In this document: positions 49,501 through 58,369 of the stretch, one piece after another | How the letters are laid out: each line of letters starts with the position of its first letter | Numbering within the stretch: position 1 is the first letter of the stretch | DNA from: a virus | Length of the DNA stretch: 64,000 nucleotides | Strand: one strand, 5' to 3' | IMG/VR virus record: IMGVR_UViG_3300005077_000003 | Coordinates: 113,612 to 177,611 of that record | Made by a program: the position numbers and the translations under genes | The notes under the pieces: generated by a model | Database searches by the model: none | What the model was told of the DNA's origin: nothing | What the model saw: only the letters and a program-made list of their open reading frames with translations

Positions 49501-50229
49501 TCCATATAGCCTAGCAAGTTTTTTATTTACTGGAAGCTCTTTTATTTTAGAGGTTCTTGGCCCTTTAGTATAAGGTTTTATAATATTTGTATTGCGAAGT
49601 GGTGCATAGTCTCGTAGTTTTATAACTGGGAACATGAAGAAGTCCCCTTCTTCTAGTTCTATAGCTGGACACTCTGTTATTTTTGCTGAATTGGTATACT
49701 TATATGACTTCTTTAGCCCCTTAAGTCTTCCGTAGAACTTAATTCCATTTGGCCTGTTGCCTTGTGGCTGAATAAAAGGAAATGCCTTGCATGCATCAGA
49801 CCGTTTAACCACTACACAAGTATGATCCTCAGTTAATATCAAAGGATCATGCCTAAATGATAATAGTCCTATTCCTAATATATCCTTCCTATTATAAGTA
49901 ATTATTTTATTAGTAGTCTTTTCCCAGTTACCAGCACCATTTAATACATAATCATATTTATCATGAGTATGTGCAATGTTTTTTATTGGTTCTAAACCAT
50001 GGTCTGTCCAAATTAACTCATTTTCATCTAAACAACCGTAGCAAAAATATTGTTCTTCAGATAAATCTGGAAGTAATCTGCAGCTTGGAGTTTTGTCATC
50101 ATGGTTAGGATCTATACAAGAAAAAAATCCATTATTATCTATTGATATTCCTTCTTTTTCTAAGAAAGAGCGCAGTTTAGGTTTCAACCTAAGTTTAATT
50201 TCATCTAGTTCTCTTATGTTAAAATTCAT
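46573..50229 (-). CDS. Fused DnaG-type primase / DnaB-type (SF4) helicase containing an intein
   Basis: CHC2 zinc finger (C..P.H.D..PS...FC.G/C); RITI...G..VGF.GR; KYRNS....IF.K...LY; TOPRIM EG and DPD; helicase GAPQNCKT, WSLD, VDSFH, EYD.D. Confidence 0.9.
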   Translation of the reverse strand: MNFNIRELDEIKLRLKPKLRSFLEKEGISIDNNGFFSCIDPNHDDKTPSCRLLPDLSEEQYFCYGCLDENELIWTDHGLEPIKNIAHTHDKYDYVLNGAGNWEKTTNKIITYNRKDILGIGLLSFRHDPLILTEDHTCVVVKRSDACKAFPFIQPQGNRPNGIKFYGRLKGLKKSYKYTNSAKITECPAIELEEGDFFMFPVIKLRDYAPLRNTNIIKPYTKGPRTSKIKELPVNKKLARLYGLYIAEGSAPARSVNFTFHINEEHTLAKEVKQILLEEFNLKSTINLIPEKNVCSVVCSKVDLCKQLKYWFGAGAENKKIPVEALSWPEDIQRSLIFGYMDGDGHKRYSATTVSKELAYGLYAIAVQARLLPSISYRSGYIDKDNVSHRERWNLKLKKLEGLCGFFEEVHGVEYYFSCINKISSMPPRNVVDITVGNGSTFTTKLGAVHNCQTTGDIFSAAHILKGWPIEGIGFIEDNIYKLAEYFDIEYQKVKFTEEQLTKIEFARIFRAVHSLLAITDVDGNPVGWTLEHALKRGWNEATCKTLGVSTILNYDTFLENVQRSTGISKPRLIQEFEIIPELFGPDRITITLFDYKANPVGFAGRFINFRKTSKVPKYRNSRNSPIFTKSDYLYNLQFAKRNTARRLDIFEGYGSVITSMGEGHTACVATCGTAFTAGQVELILNTGFNHINIVADPDENGLRAAYQHMEELQGKEGLKVTLTLLDDECDADDYIRKNGLPKFLSLVPITAFDFFLDKESKLAESSGIDKAEFAHRMIKLIINTSSKLEQGNQVKRLAKITGFDEGDIRSEIERLVNNEARLIKDQLLRALSRTNNADEILEVVEDFRPKLDMIDEAKNDKYILGRKESENALLELASVLKSRDVGIQGWKTGYDVIDRKISGVPKPMGIDEHGQYIAMGGALMGIAGAPQNCKTAIIQNLIVNMAENNDDIAQLVWSLDDSRKRFIERLIAIISGVKWTAVTKRVMPSPEEEILIADAVNKLQQWTIEGKLIVKDHSAGSTLNTLSKWIHMMQDELSKPVLAVVDSFHKIGASNKESSKTDFSITKAHSQECKRMAAADKISLLATIELNKTQGIGQEPHLAHITEARKIEYDFDVIATTYNAYYDLEGSTSEVLKNPNTGAPMPIIKLNIRKSKEGGSGPVWLVYDMSNFRMQCFDTVTINSMKESSIIDPIQLAGGYQLTTPLSRANSNTYEKW
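48877..50034 (-). mobile_element. LAGLIDADG intein (386 aa) in the primase zinc finger
   Basis: YFCYG|CLDENE ... VVDITV....TF....GAVHN|CQTTG; LYGLYIAEG and IFGYMDGDG endonuclease motifs. Confidence 0.92.
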
Positions 50230-50699
50230 TTACAACCTACACAACTTGCAAACTTATTAAGATTATCATTGTTTTTAAAATAGTCATTAAAAATAACCAC
50301 AGCTAATGCACTAGTACACAATGATATTATTTTAATACTTTTTAATTTTAATATATGTTCATTACTAATATCTACAATATCGTTATCTTTTTCTCTAATT
50401 TTTGCCACATCAAATATAGAAAAATTTTTAACCCCTAGTTTTTTGGTAGCGACATCAATTGCACACGATATTATAGTGTACACATTATCATACACAGTAT
50501 ATTCTTCAACCTTTTCTTTGAGTGTATCAGAATAATTATCAGTAAATATGCCCATTATTAATAAATATATTTCTGTAGGGATAAGTAGTTCAATCATAGT
50601 ATCTGCATTAGTTGGTACGGGTAAAGCTTGTAAATTATATGCTCGCTCTGTGCTATTACTTGAGTCAACATATATCGGAATGTAATTTTCTATATTCAT
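50226..50699 (-). CDS. Hypothetical protein (157 aa)
   Basis: ORF track; ATGA overlap with the primase gene. Confidence 0.6.
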   Translation of the reverse strand: MNIENYIPIYVDSSNSTERAYNLQALPVPTNADTMIELLIPTEIYLLIMGIFTDNYSDTLKEKVEEYTVYDNVYTIISCAIDVATKKLGVKNFSIFDVAKIREKDNDIVDISNEHILKLKSIKIISLCTSALAVVIFNDYFKNNDNLNKFASCVGCK

Positions 50700-51473
50700 A
50701 TGAATAAGCCTTTGTATAGTATTAATGACATAGCTGCTTTTTATTTATGTCCATTAAAACTTTCTCTATTAAAAGAAGAAAATAATGAATTTCTATATTA
50801 CTTAGGAGATGAAAATATTCTCTTAGGATCAGTACTAAAAAAATCTTTTACATATTATGCGTCATCAAGAGCTACAAAGCGCAATGTAAACTATAAAACA
50901 GTTTTTTCTAAATTCAGTACACTGTGGACTGAACATAGACACAAGTATAGTCAATATCAAGGCACTGCATTACCAGACATAATAGCGCTATCTAATGTTT
51001 ATGATAAAATATCTCTATTTAAAGACTACATATCTTCGTATAGTGATATAGCAGTAGTTAATATGCCTTATGTAAAAAGCTTTGATAGTTTTAATGTATC
51101 TGATAACATAGATCTTATTCTGGTTAATAAATTAAATTCTTATACCTCAGTAGAAATATTATTAGTTGATAATGATTTAGCAATTCCATCTAGAACATTT
51201 TTTATAAACAGAATTAAGGCAGCTATGCAGATGTCTTATGTAAGAAGAGAATTAGCTGCACAGACTAATGATATATCTATAAGTACACTTAACTTATTCC
51301 ATGCTAAGAAAACTCCTATAAGTTTTACCATGAAGCATGTCCGCAAATATAAGAGAGCATTAAATCAAATTTGTAATTCTATTTCTAATGGAATAGACTA
51401 TCCAATACCAAGTAAATACAACTGTTCTAAATGTGTGTTTAATACCAAATGCCCTTGGGCCGATAAAAAGTAA
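50700..51473 (+). CDS. PD-(D/E)XK / Cas4-AddB-like protein with Fe-S cysteines, catalytic motif degenerate
   Basis: YLCP at the N-terminus and CSKCVFNTKC at the C-terminus; DNIDLI followed by EILLVD with no (D/E)xK lysine. Confidence 0.6.
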   Translation: MNKPLYSINDIAAFYLCPLKLSLLKEENNEFLYYLGDENILLGSVLKKSFTYYASSRATKRNVNYKTVFSKFSTLWTEHRHKYSQYQGTALPDIIALSNVYDKISLFKDYISSYSDIAVVNMPYVKSFDSFNVSDNIDLILVNKLNSYTSVEILLVDNDLAIPSRTFFINRIKAAMQMSYVRRELAAQTNDISISTLNLFHAKKTPISFTMKHVRKYKRALNQICNSISNGIDYPIPSKYNCSKCVFNTKCPWADKK

Positions 51474-51528
51474 ACACTACTTTTTTTAAAGTTGTTTCAT
51501 ATTTTTAAGAAAATAATATATTATATTA

Positions 51529-52980
51529 ATGGCAACACCAAAAGTAAATACACCAATTAAACTTCTATTAAACACAGACTCTGCAGTAATACATACGGGT
51601 TTAGCAGAGACTACTAGATTAGTATTTAGACGTTTACTAGAAAAGTATCCTGGCAAATATATTATAGAACAGCTAGGCTGGTTTCATATGCCTCAGCACA
51701 ATAGTGCTGAAAAAGTTCCTTGGAAAATTCACAATACCATTATTAATAACAATGGATTCGATCAGGATGATAAGTATGGCCAAAAGAGTTTTGAGAGAGT
51801 TAGAGCGGCCTTTAAGCCAGATATAGTATATGTTAATGGTGATTTATGGTGTTTTGAACATATGCTTAACTCACCTACTAGAAATACATTTAGGCTTATT
51901 ACATATTACACAATAGATGGTGAACCATATTATGGATTTAATTATAATCCAGGTGTGTCATCAGACTGGGGAACAAAATTAAGTAAAGCAGATGCATTAG
52001 TAGTGTTAAGTAAATATGGTAGACATGTTTTAAAAGGTAGTTGTCCTGAACTTAAAGATACTAATATACATGTAATATATCATCCATCAGACCTAAATAG
52101 ATTTCATCCTGTACCCCTAGATGAGCTACAAGAGTATAGAAGGAGTGTGTATGCACCAGGAATACCAGTAGATACATTTATAATGGGGTGGGTTGGTAGA
52201 AATCAATTTAGGAAACAAAACTATAAGATGTGGGAAACATTACATCACATCAAGCACGGAGATTATATTGAGTGTAATAATTGCAATAGAATCACTCGTT
52301 TTGAAATAGATAGGTCTACCCGGCTACCAAGAAAAATAGGTACATTAAGATTATACGATCCTGACTATGATTATAAATCTTGTTGGTACTGCAAATCAAC
52401 TGATATAGTTCAAGGAACTCCATTATCCGACGTTCTTCTTTGGATGCATATGAATAAAACAGATCCAGGATGGAGAGTTCCTGACCTTGTTAATCAATGG
52501 GACATTGCAGACAAAATAATTCACCCCTCTTATATAGATAGAGCATTTGGATTACCACCAGAAGAACTAGCTACCTTAATAGCAAGTTGGGATTGTATGT
52601 TATACTTATCAGGCGGTGAAGGCTTTGGTATACCAGTAGTAGAATCCATGGCTTCTGGTGTACCAGTAATATATACTAATTATAGTTCACATGCAGAACT
52701 AGCAGAGAATGGTGGGATACCAGTAAGGTGTGATCTCATACCAGAGCTTGCTTTCTCTATAAATAGATCAATGGCAGATACAAATGATGCAATTGCTAAA
52801 GTTTTATGGGCATATAGAAATAGAGAAGAACTAAAAGCACTTGGATATAAAGGCAGGGAATGGTGTGAGAAACAATCTATAGATATCATAGTTGATAAGT
52901 GGGACAAAATATTTACAGAGACTATGAAGTGTGAAATAGGGGTAAATAGTTCAAGTAAGCTATACGCAGACGTAATTTAA
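51529..52980 (+). CDS. GT-B (GT4) glycosyltransferase with an inserted Cys4 zinc-ribbon-like segment
   Basis: TGLA, YYTIDG, GWVGRNQ.RK, EGFGIPVVESMASGVPVI; insert CNNC...CWYC. Confidence 0.85.
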   Translation: MATPKVNTPIKLLLNTDSAVIHTGLAETTRLVFRRLLEKYPGKYIIEQLGWFHMPQHNSAEKVPWKIHNTIINNNGFDQDDKYGQKSFERVRAAFKPDIVYVNGDLWCFEHMLNSPTRNTFRLITYYTIDGEPYYGFNYNPGVSSDWGTKLSKADALVVLSKYGRHVLKGSCPELKDTNIHVIYHPSDLNRFHPVPLDELQEYRRSVYAPGIPVDTFIMGWVGRNQFRKQNYKMWETLHHIKHGDYIECNNCNRITRFEIDRSTRLPRKIGTLRLYDPDYDYKSCWYCKSTDIVQGTPLSDVLLWMHMNKTDPGWRVPDLVNQWDIADKIIHPSYIDRAFGLPPEELATLIASWDCMLYLSGGEGFGIPVVESMASGVPVIYTNYSSHAELAENGGIPVRCDLIPELAFSINRSMADTNDAIAKVLWAYRNREELKALGYKGREWCEKQSIDIIVDKWDKIFTETMKCEIGVNSSSKLYADVI

Positions 52981-54150
52981 ATGAAGAAATATTCAGATAT
53001 TAATATAACTTGGTGTGGAGATATCACATCTTACTCAGGGTGGGCTCAGCATGCCAGAGGCGTATTAGAACCACTTATTAACGGCGGTGCAAATGTCAGA
53101 CTTGAAATGGTACAGCCTGGCAGGCCTGAAACAAAGCTCCCTAAGTGGTGGGAAGAGACTTTCGGAAACCTTTCAAAGGCTTCCCCCGGCAATCTGGCAA
53201 TCTGTCATGGTGGTATAGATATGTTTAGAAGTAAACCAACTAATTTGCCGCTGGTTATTTCAACTCACTGGGAGACACAAGAAATACCTAGTTCTATAGT
53301 GGGTTTATTTAATGAAAGTAATGCTATAGGACTAATAGTTCCCAATGACGAATTGCGCAAATCTGCTGAACGAAAAATCAATAAACCAGTATTCACGGTA
53401 AATTTCCCTATAAATAAACTGCAACCCTCATCTAATCAACTAGAATTATCTGGTATAAAAGATAACACAATTGTATTTGGTATAGTAGGTGAATGGAATA
53501 ATAGACACAATATATCTGATGCGGTGATTTCTTACCTTCGCGCGTTTACTAGTAGAGATAACGTAGCATTAGTATTAAAAACATTTGTCCATAATCCATC
53601 ATCTGTAGATGAACGGCAAAAAATGCTCAATCTTCTTCGACAGATTAAAAATGATGCAAAAAAACCTAATACACCAAATATAATAGTTATACAAGACATA
53701 CTATCATATAATAGTATGGACGCATTACTATCACGAATAAACATATATATATCCACCTCAAGAGGTGCGTCCAAAGACATAAGTTGTATGAGAGTAGCAG
53801 CTGCTGGGAAACAATGTATAGTACCAGATCATACTGCATACAAAATATTAGCTTCTGCTCGCTATAATCAAATATATAATATACGCCACATATACGAGCC
53901 TGTAATACTTACACCTGGTTTGTATAATATAAATGACTCATGGGCAAAAATTGATACCGTACAATTATCAGACTTAATGAATAGAGCATATAATGATCTT
54001 CTATTAAATGCATCTATGCTAAAAGAAGATTCAGCAAAACTATCTGAAAACTTGCTGAGTACATACTCTCCAGACAATTGCACAGATCAATTGGCTTCTG
54101 CAATAAGGAAAGTAGTTAACCCAATACCAGTAATAGACTTTGCACAGTGA
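52981..54150 (+). CDS. GT-B (GT4-like) glycosyltransferase, divergent
   Basis: SYSGWAQHAR, STHWET, R.NI.D....Y..AFT..DNV.LVLKT, YISTSRG; the usual EGF(G) motif is altered. Confidence 0.7.
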   Translation: MKKYSDINITWCGDITSYSGWAQHARGVLEPLINGGANVRLEMVQPGRPETKLPKWWEETFGNLSKASPGNLAICHGGIDMFRSKPTNLPLVISTHWETQEIPSSIVGLFNESNAIGLIVPNDELRKSAERKINKPVFTVNFPINKLQPSSNQLELSGIKDNTIVFGIVGEWNNRHNISDAVISYLRAFTSRDNVALVLKTFVHNPSSVDERQKMLNLLRQIKNDAKKPNTPNIIVIQDILSYNSMDALLSRINIYISTSRGASKDISCMRVAAAGKQCIVPDHTAYKILASARYNQIYNIRHIYEPVILTPGLYNINDSWAKIDTVQLSDLMNRAYNDLLLNASMLKEDSAKLSENLLSTYSPDNCTDQLASAIRKVVNPIPVIDFAQ

Positions 54151-54487
54151 AGAAGACAATCAACAATACTTAGAGTTTCTAAAACTTAAGTATGGTGAAG
54201 ATAAAGCAGAATACTTATTCAACATAAGTATTAAGCGTCGTCAAAGGAAAGAATTAAAAGTAAAGAAGGCAGAAAGAACATACGCAGAAATAAAAGCTAA
54301 TTATATACACCCATATAATAACACAGACTTAGCTGCCATAATATTCCCAGAGTCTACAAAATTAGATAGCATACCAATTTTTAAAAGGTATGCTGCCTAT
54401 TTGTTTTATACTTATGGTGTAATTGAAACTGAAAAAATTCTTAACTTAAGTAGAATTACTATATGGAGATATCTTAATAGAATTTAA
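54140..54487 (+). CDS. Hypothetical protein with a C-terminal HTH (115 aa)
   Basis: ETEKILNLSRITIWRYL helix-turn-helix; TTG start. Confidence 0.5.
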   Translation: MHSEEDNQQYLEFLKLKYGEDKAEYLFNISIKRRQRKELKVKKAERTYAEIKANYIHPYNNTDLAAIIFPESTKLDSIPIFKRYAAYLFYTYGVIETEKILNLSRITIWRYLNRI

Positions 54488-54813
54488 CTTATTAATTCAA
54501 AGTTACTATTATATATTTTATAGCCTAAATATTTTGCTAAACTATATTCTATTTTAGTTCCTTCAGATGTTTCCCAATCATCTAATAGGACTATTGCATC
54601 GCAAATAAAAAAATTCTTAATTGCAATTTTCATCATAACCCGCCTAATATCATTTTCACTACAATAATCTGGTGGTTTTTCACTTCTAGGGTTGTATGAA
54701 TCAACCCCCTTATTGTCTAAGCGTTCCTGCATGCGTAGGAACGCTTCTTTGTTCCCATCTACTTTATTAGTAATTGGGCCAGCTATATATACTTTGAAAT
54801 GATCTGTAATCAT
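54484..54813 (-). CDS. DUF4406 / nucleoside 2-deoxyribosyltransferase-like protein
   Basis: KVYIAGPIT, YNP, CDAIVLL..W..S.G..IE...AK.LG. Confidence 0.8.
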   Translation of the reverse strand: MITDHFKVYIAGPITNKVDGNKEAFLRMQERLDNKGVDSYNPRSEKPPDYCSENDIRRVMMKIAIKNFFICDAIVLLDDWETSEGTKIEYSLAKYLGYKIYNSNFELIS

Positions 54814-55218
54814 TTATTCAAATAATTCAGGCACCAGGTTACTAACAGACATTTCTTCTGGACTATCTTCTATTTCTTCTATAGACTCTTCTTCATCTTC
54901 TAAATCATCTATAGTAGAAGTTTCACTACTACTGTCTTCGATTGCCATATCTTCTAATTCAATAGCTATTTCATCTTCTGTCATTGAAATTAGTTGAATT
55001 GGAGATAGATCTAATGCTTTACCAATAGCAAGGAGTGTCTTTATATTTGGATTTAGTCCTTTACAAGCATTACTGATTGTGTTAGAACTAATACCAATTT
55101 TATTTGCCAGGTCTTTCTTTGATACTTTTCTATTGCTAATTACAGAAGCAATAAAAGCACCAATTTTATTGATGAAGTCTTGTACTTCATCCAAGTTTAC
55201 CTTATTAATGTCGCTCAT
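54814..55218 (-). CDS. XRE/Cro-family HTH regulator with acidic tail
   Basis: SKKDLANKIGISSNTISNACKG.NP.I.TL..I..AL; D/E-rich C-terminus. Confidence 0.8.
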   Translation of the reverse strand: MSDINKVNLDEVQDFINKIGAFIASVISNRKVSKKDLANKIGISSNTISNACKGLNPNIKTLLAIGKALDLSPIQLISMTEDEIAIELEDMAIEDSSSETSTIDDLEDEEESIEEIEDSPEEMSVSNLVPELFE

Positions 55219-55219
55219 A

Positions 55220-56605
55220 TTATTTAAAATCGCTTAGTTTGTAAATGTGTGAAGTTTTAGGTATCAAATAGGAATCACCACCCTCTGTCAAAAACCAATG
55301 CCATCTGTCTGGTTTTTCAGGTGATACATTATTCCCATATCCATCTGTGAATACAAATACCGCGTCAGGATATTTGGTTTTTTCTTTTTTAATAGTAAAT
55401 TGTATACAGTTTTCAATTATATTAAAAGAAGTACCTCCGAATCCATATAATTTTCTATCAGATAAGTTTATATCATATACTCTTGTATCAAAACAAAAAG
55501 TTTTTAAATCAAATCTATCTAAAGGAAATGTTGTAGCACATTTAAAAAATTCATTTGCAATACCCTTACAAGAACCTGATGTGTCCATAAAAAACCATAC
55601 TTCAACTTTCTCACCTTTGTTTTCACTATAGTCGTGTTCTACAGGCAAAAACATGTGGTCGGGTAATTCTCTTATTCTCCTATTAGTGAAGTGCCATACT
55701 TCACTAATATCTTCCATCTTAGTTTTCTTAATGCGCCAAAACTTTATTATATCTGTCCATTTATAGTTATATTTAGGCTTAACCGTATTAGCTACATATA
55801 AAGCATTGCCTGCCATAGTGCCGGCATTTTTTGAGCTGCTATCTTTTTTATTATCGCTGTTTATTTGTTCAGAGAATTTCTTTTTATCTTCGTCAGACGA
55901 AGCGTTAGATATCTTTTCTGATATAGAGTTTTCGTCAGACTCACTAATATCTTTGAGCCCATCATGATTGTCTATCGACTTACCAAATAGACTATCAAAC
56001 TCTTCATCGGGATATATAGTTATACCACCTTTCCCTGTGCTATATGTTATTTTCCCATCAGCTACCATCTGCTTAATCTGCTTTATAAGTTTTGCGTAGT
56101 AATATTCCATACTTTGATCATAATTTTCTGGAATATCTTCTAAAAACTTATCTACCCACATTAGCTGCTCACCAAGCTCTCCAAGTAGCGTCCTATCAAA
56201 CCCAAAAGCAAAGGTTAGTAACTCATTTACTACCAGGTCAGCTGCTATGTTAGCTACTTGTGGCTGCTTACATTCACTCATCCTTCTACCATGGGATAAA
56301 TACACATGTAGACATTCATGACAAGCTATAAATGTTTTTTGATATAAATCAAGTTCATTCCAGAACTTTTTAGACCACAAAAATGATAAAAATCTACCTT
56401 CTCTATCAAATGCTACTGCAGCTGTGTCTAGGCCATCATTAACAAAAGAAGGGATGCCAATGTTTACTAACTGGTAAAATAATGGGCTAAATAGCTCTAA
56501 GGAACCAAGTAGTCTACTAAATTCAACCCTAGCTTCTTTGTAATCAAATTCTAGTTCAGCTACTTCTTCTGTAAGTGTAGCCTCTCCATTATTTTCTTCA
56601 CACAT
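55220..56605 (-). CDS. HExxH metallopeptidase-like + vWA domain protein (DUF2201 type)
   Basis: TAAV, CHECLH, NIA.D..VN; MIDAS motif DTSGS; GGT.F; FTDG. Confidence 0.85.
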   Translation of the reverse strand: MCEENNGEATLTEEVAELEFDYKEARVEFSRLLGSLELFSPLFYQLVNIGIPSFVNDGLDTAAVAFDREGRFLSFLWSKKFWNELDLYQKTFIACHECLHVYLSHGRRMSECKQPQVANIAADLVVNELLTFAFGFDRTLLGELGEQLMWVDKFLEDIPENYDQSMEYYYAKLIKQIKQMVADGKITYSTGKGGITIYPDEEFDSLFGKSIDNHDGLKDISESDENSISEKISNASSDEDKKKFSEQINSDNKKDSSSKNAGTMAGNALYVANTVKPKYNYKWTDIIKFWRIKKTKMEDISEVWHFTNRRIRELPDHMFLPVEHDYSENKGEKVEVWFFMDTSGSCKGIANEFFKCATTFPLDRFDLKTFCFDTRVYDINLSDRKLYGFGGTSFNIIENCIQFTIKKEKTKYPDAVFVFTDGYGNNVSPEKPDRWHWFLTEGGDSYLIPKTSHIYKLSDFK

Positions 56606-58161
56606 TCGCCTTCTCCTGAACCATTATCTTTATTTTCTGCAACGTATGAAAGATATTTTACAAATATATTTTGGTAGTCTTTTTTAAGTAATTCTATTAT
56701 GCTTTCAGAAGTATAATTTTCAATACATAAAACTATAATTGCATAGTGCAAAATATTTATATATGCAGTATTATATATTGAAGCACCTTGTTGTGAACGG
56801 CTACTATATATATCCAGCACACCCAGTAATCCAAATGCAATTTCTTTTGTTATACAAGATAAATTACAATTTAATATATTATCTAAAGCACTATTTCTCT
56901 TAAATGTACTACTAGAATTTGCTATTTCATCTTGAGCAGTTTTAATAGCCATTACAAGTGCTGCATCTGGTGTAGAATTTGTATTTATATTTTTGTTATC
57001 ATTTATCATAGCATGTGTATCTATAGTTAGATCATTTGCTACACATGATTCAACTAATTCAGATGTTCTTTTGCTTACAGAGCCACTATTGTTTAACTTT
57101 GATAAGTCTTTTGGTACTTTTTTAATTAGTTGTTCTACTTTAGATAAAGCCTTTACTGCTTTATTTTTAAGAGTTGCTTGTTTAGAATATGTAACAATAG
57201 ATTCTAGCGTACTTACAAATAATTCTGGCTTATCATTAAAAATAAGTTTTTCTAGCTTATTTGACTCATTTATAAGTACATTAATATATTCTTGAGATAT
57301 GTATTGCAAAGTTTTAGTTGCTAATGCCATATCTGTTTTTAAGTCTGCTTTAACAGCATCAAAATTATTTGGATTGTTAAAAAACTCTTTGATCTTTGAA
57401 CCATCTGAATCAGAACTTATTAAATTATCTAATGTAGATCTAGGAGATCCTTCTTTTACATACTTTATTAATTGTGCAGGGCTTACTGATCCTGGTAAAA
57501 TAAAATCTTTTATATTAAGACCGTTTTGAATTGCATTAATGGCAAATTCTAATCTTCTTGGAGATACTTTTTCTTTAGATTTATCTGGCAATTGTCTCCA
57601 AAAATGACAAGCACCAGAACCTATTTTTTTGCCATATTTATTAATAAAATATTCATCATCTACATCATATGGTACTCTAATCTGTACCTCAAATCTATCT
57701 TCTTGTGCTGGATCCAGTCTCTCTACTGAATACGTTGATTCTTGGTCATCATCTTCTTCTGGTGGGTTAATAGCTGCCCACACTACTTTAAGGTTAGGAA
57801 ATTTCTTACCATTAATTGACTTAAATTGAATCAATTCCATGGTAGCATTTCTAATTTTCTTATGGGATCTATTATATTCATCAAGAAATATGCCTTGCAC
57901 TTTATCGCTGATAAAAGACTTTGGTCTTACAAAGTCAAGGTATTTATTTCCATTCTCGTCAGTAATTTCTCTAGGAATACCAATAAAATCTACCCACGGA
58001 TCAATTGTGCTAGCAGAGAAGTATAGCCAATCTTCACCAAGCTTGCCGAATATTTCAGTGAAGGCCTCCTTAATCACTCCCGTCTTACCCGTGCCGTGAC
58101 GGCCTATTAATAGGCCATTATATCCACACTTTATAAAGTGCATTAACTGCTCTGCTTTCAT
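56560..58161 (-). CDS. MoxR/dynein-related AAA+ ATPase
   Basis: Walker A GRHGTGKT; Walker B FLDEYNR; A.NP, LDPA..DRF; SPRR. Confidence 0.9.
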   Translation of the reverse strand: MKAEQLMHFIKCGYNGLLIGRHGTGKTGVIKEAFTEIFGKLGEDWLYFSASTIDPWVDFIGIPREITDENGNKYLDFVRPKSFISDKVQGIFLDEYNRSHKKIRNATMELIQFKSINGKKFPNLKVVWAAINPPEEDDDQESTYSVERLDPAQEDRFEVQIRVPYDVDDEYFINKYGKKIGSGACHFWRQLPDKSKEKVSPRRLEFAINAIQNGLNIKDFILPGSVSPAQLIKYVKEGSPRSTLDNLISSDSDGSKIKEFFNNPNNFDAVKADLKTDMALATKTLQYISQEYINVLINESNKLEKLIFNDKPELFVSTLESIVTYSKQATLKNKAVKALSKVEQLIKKVPKDLSKLNNSGSVSKRTSELVESCVANDLTIDTHAMINDNKNINTNSTPDAALVMAIKTAQDEIANSSSTFKRNSALDNILNCNLSCITKEIAFGLLGVLDIYSSRSQQGASIYNTAYINILHYAIIVLCIENYTSESIIELLKKDYQNIFVKYLSYVAENKDNGSGEGECVKKIMERLHLQKK

Positions 58162-58163
58162 TA

Positions 58164-58367
58164 CTAGTCTTCTTTATTTATTTTATATATCTTTACCTTT
58201 ACCTGCCTATTACAAGATCCGCAGAAGAATATATCCTCAAACCAATGTTCTTCTATTTCAAGAAGATTACTTTTCATTTCTTGGTTATTAACATCAATCC
58301 ATATCGAGGCTTTCTGAGATATATCAGTACTGCCACAGGATAGACACTTAAATATTTCTTTTATCAT
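58164..58367 (-). CDS. Small zinc-ribbon protein (67 aa)
   Basis: CLSC ... CGSC. Confidence 0.6.
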   Translation of the reverse strand: MIKEIFKCLSCGSTDISQKASIWIDVNNQEMKSNLLEIEEHWFEDIFFCGSCNRQVKVKIYKINKED

Positions 58368-58369
58368 AA

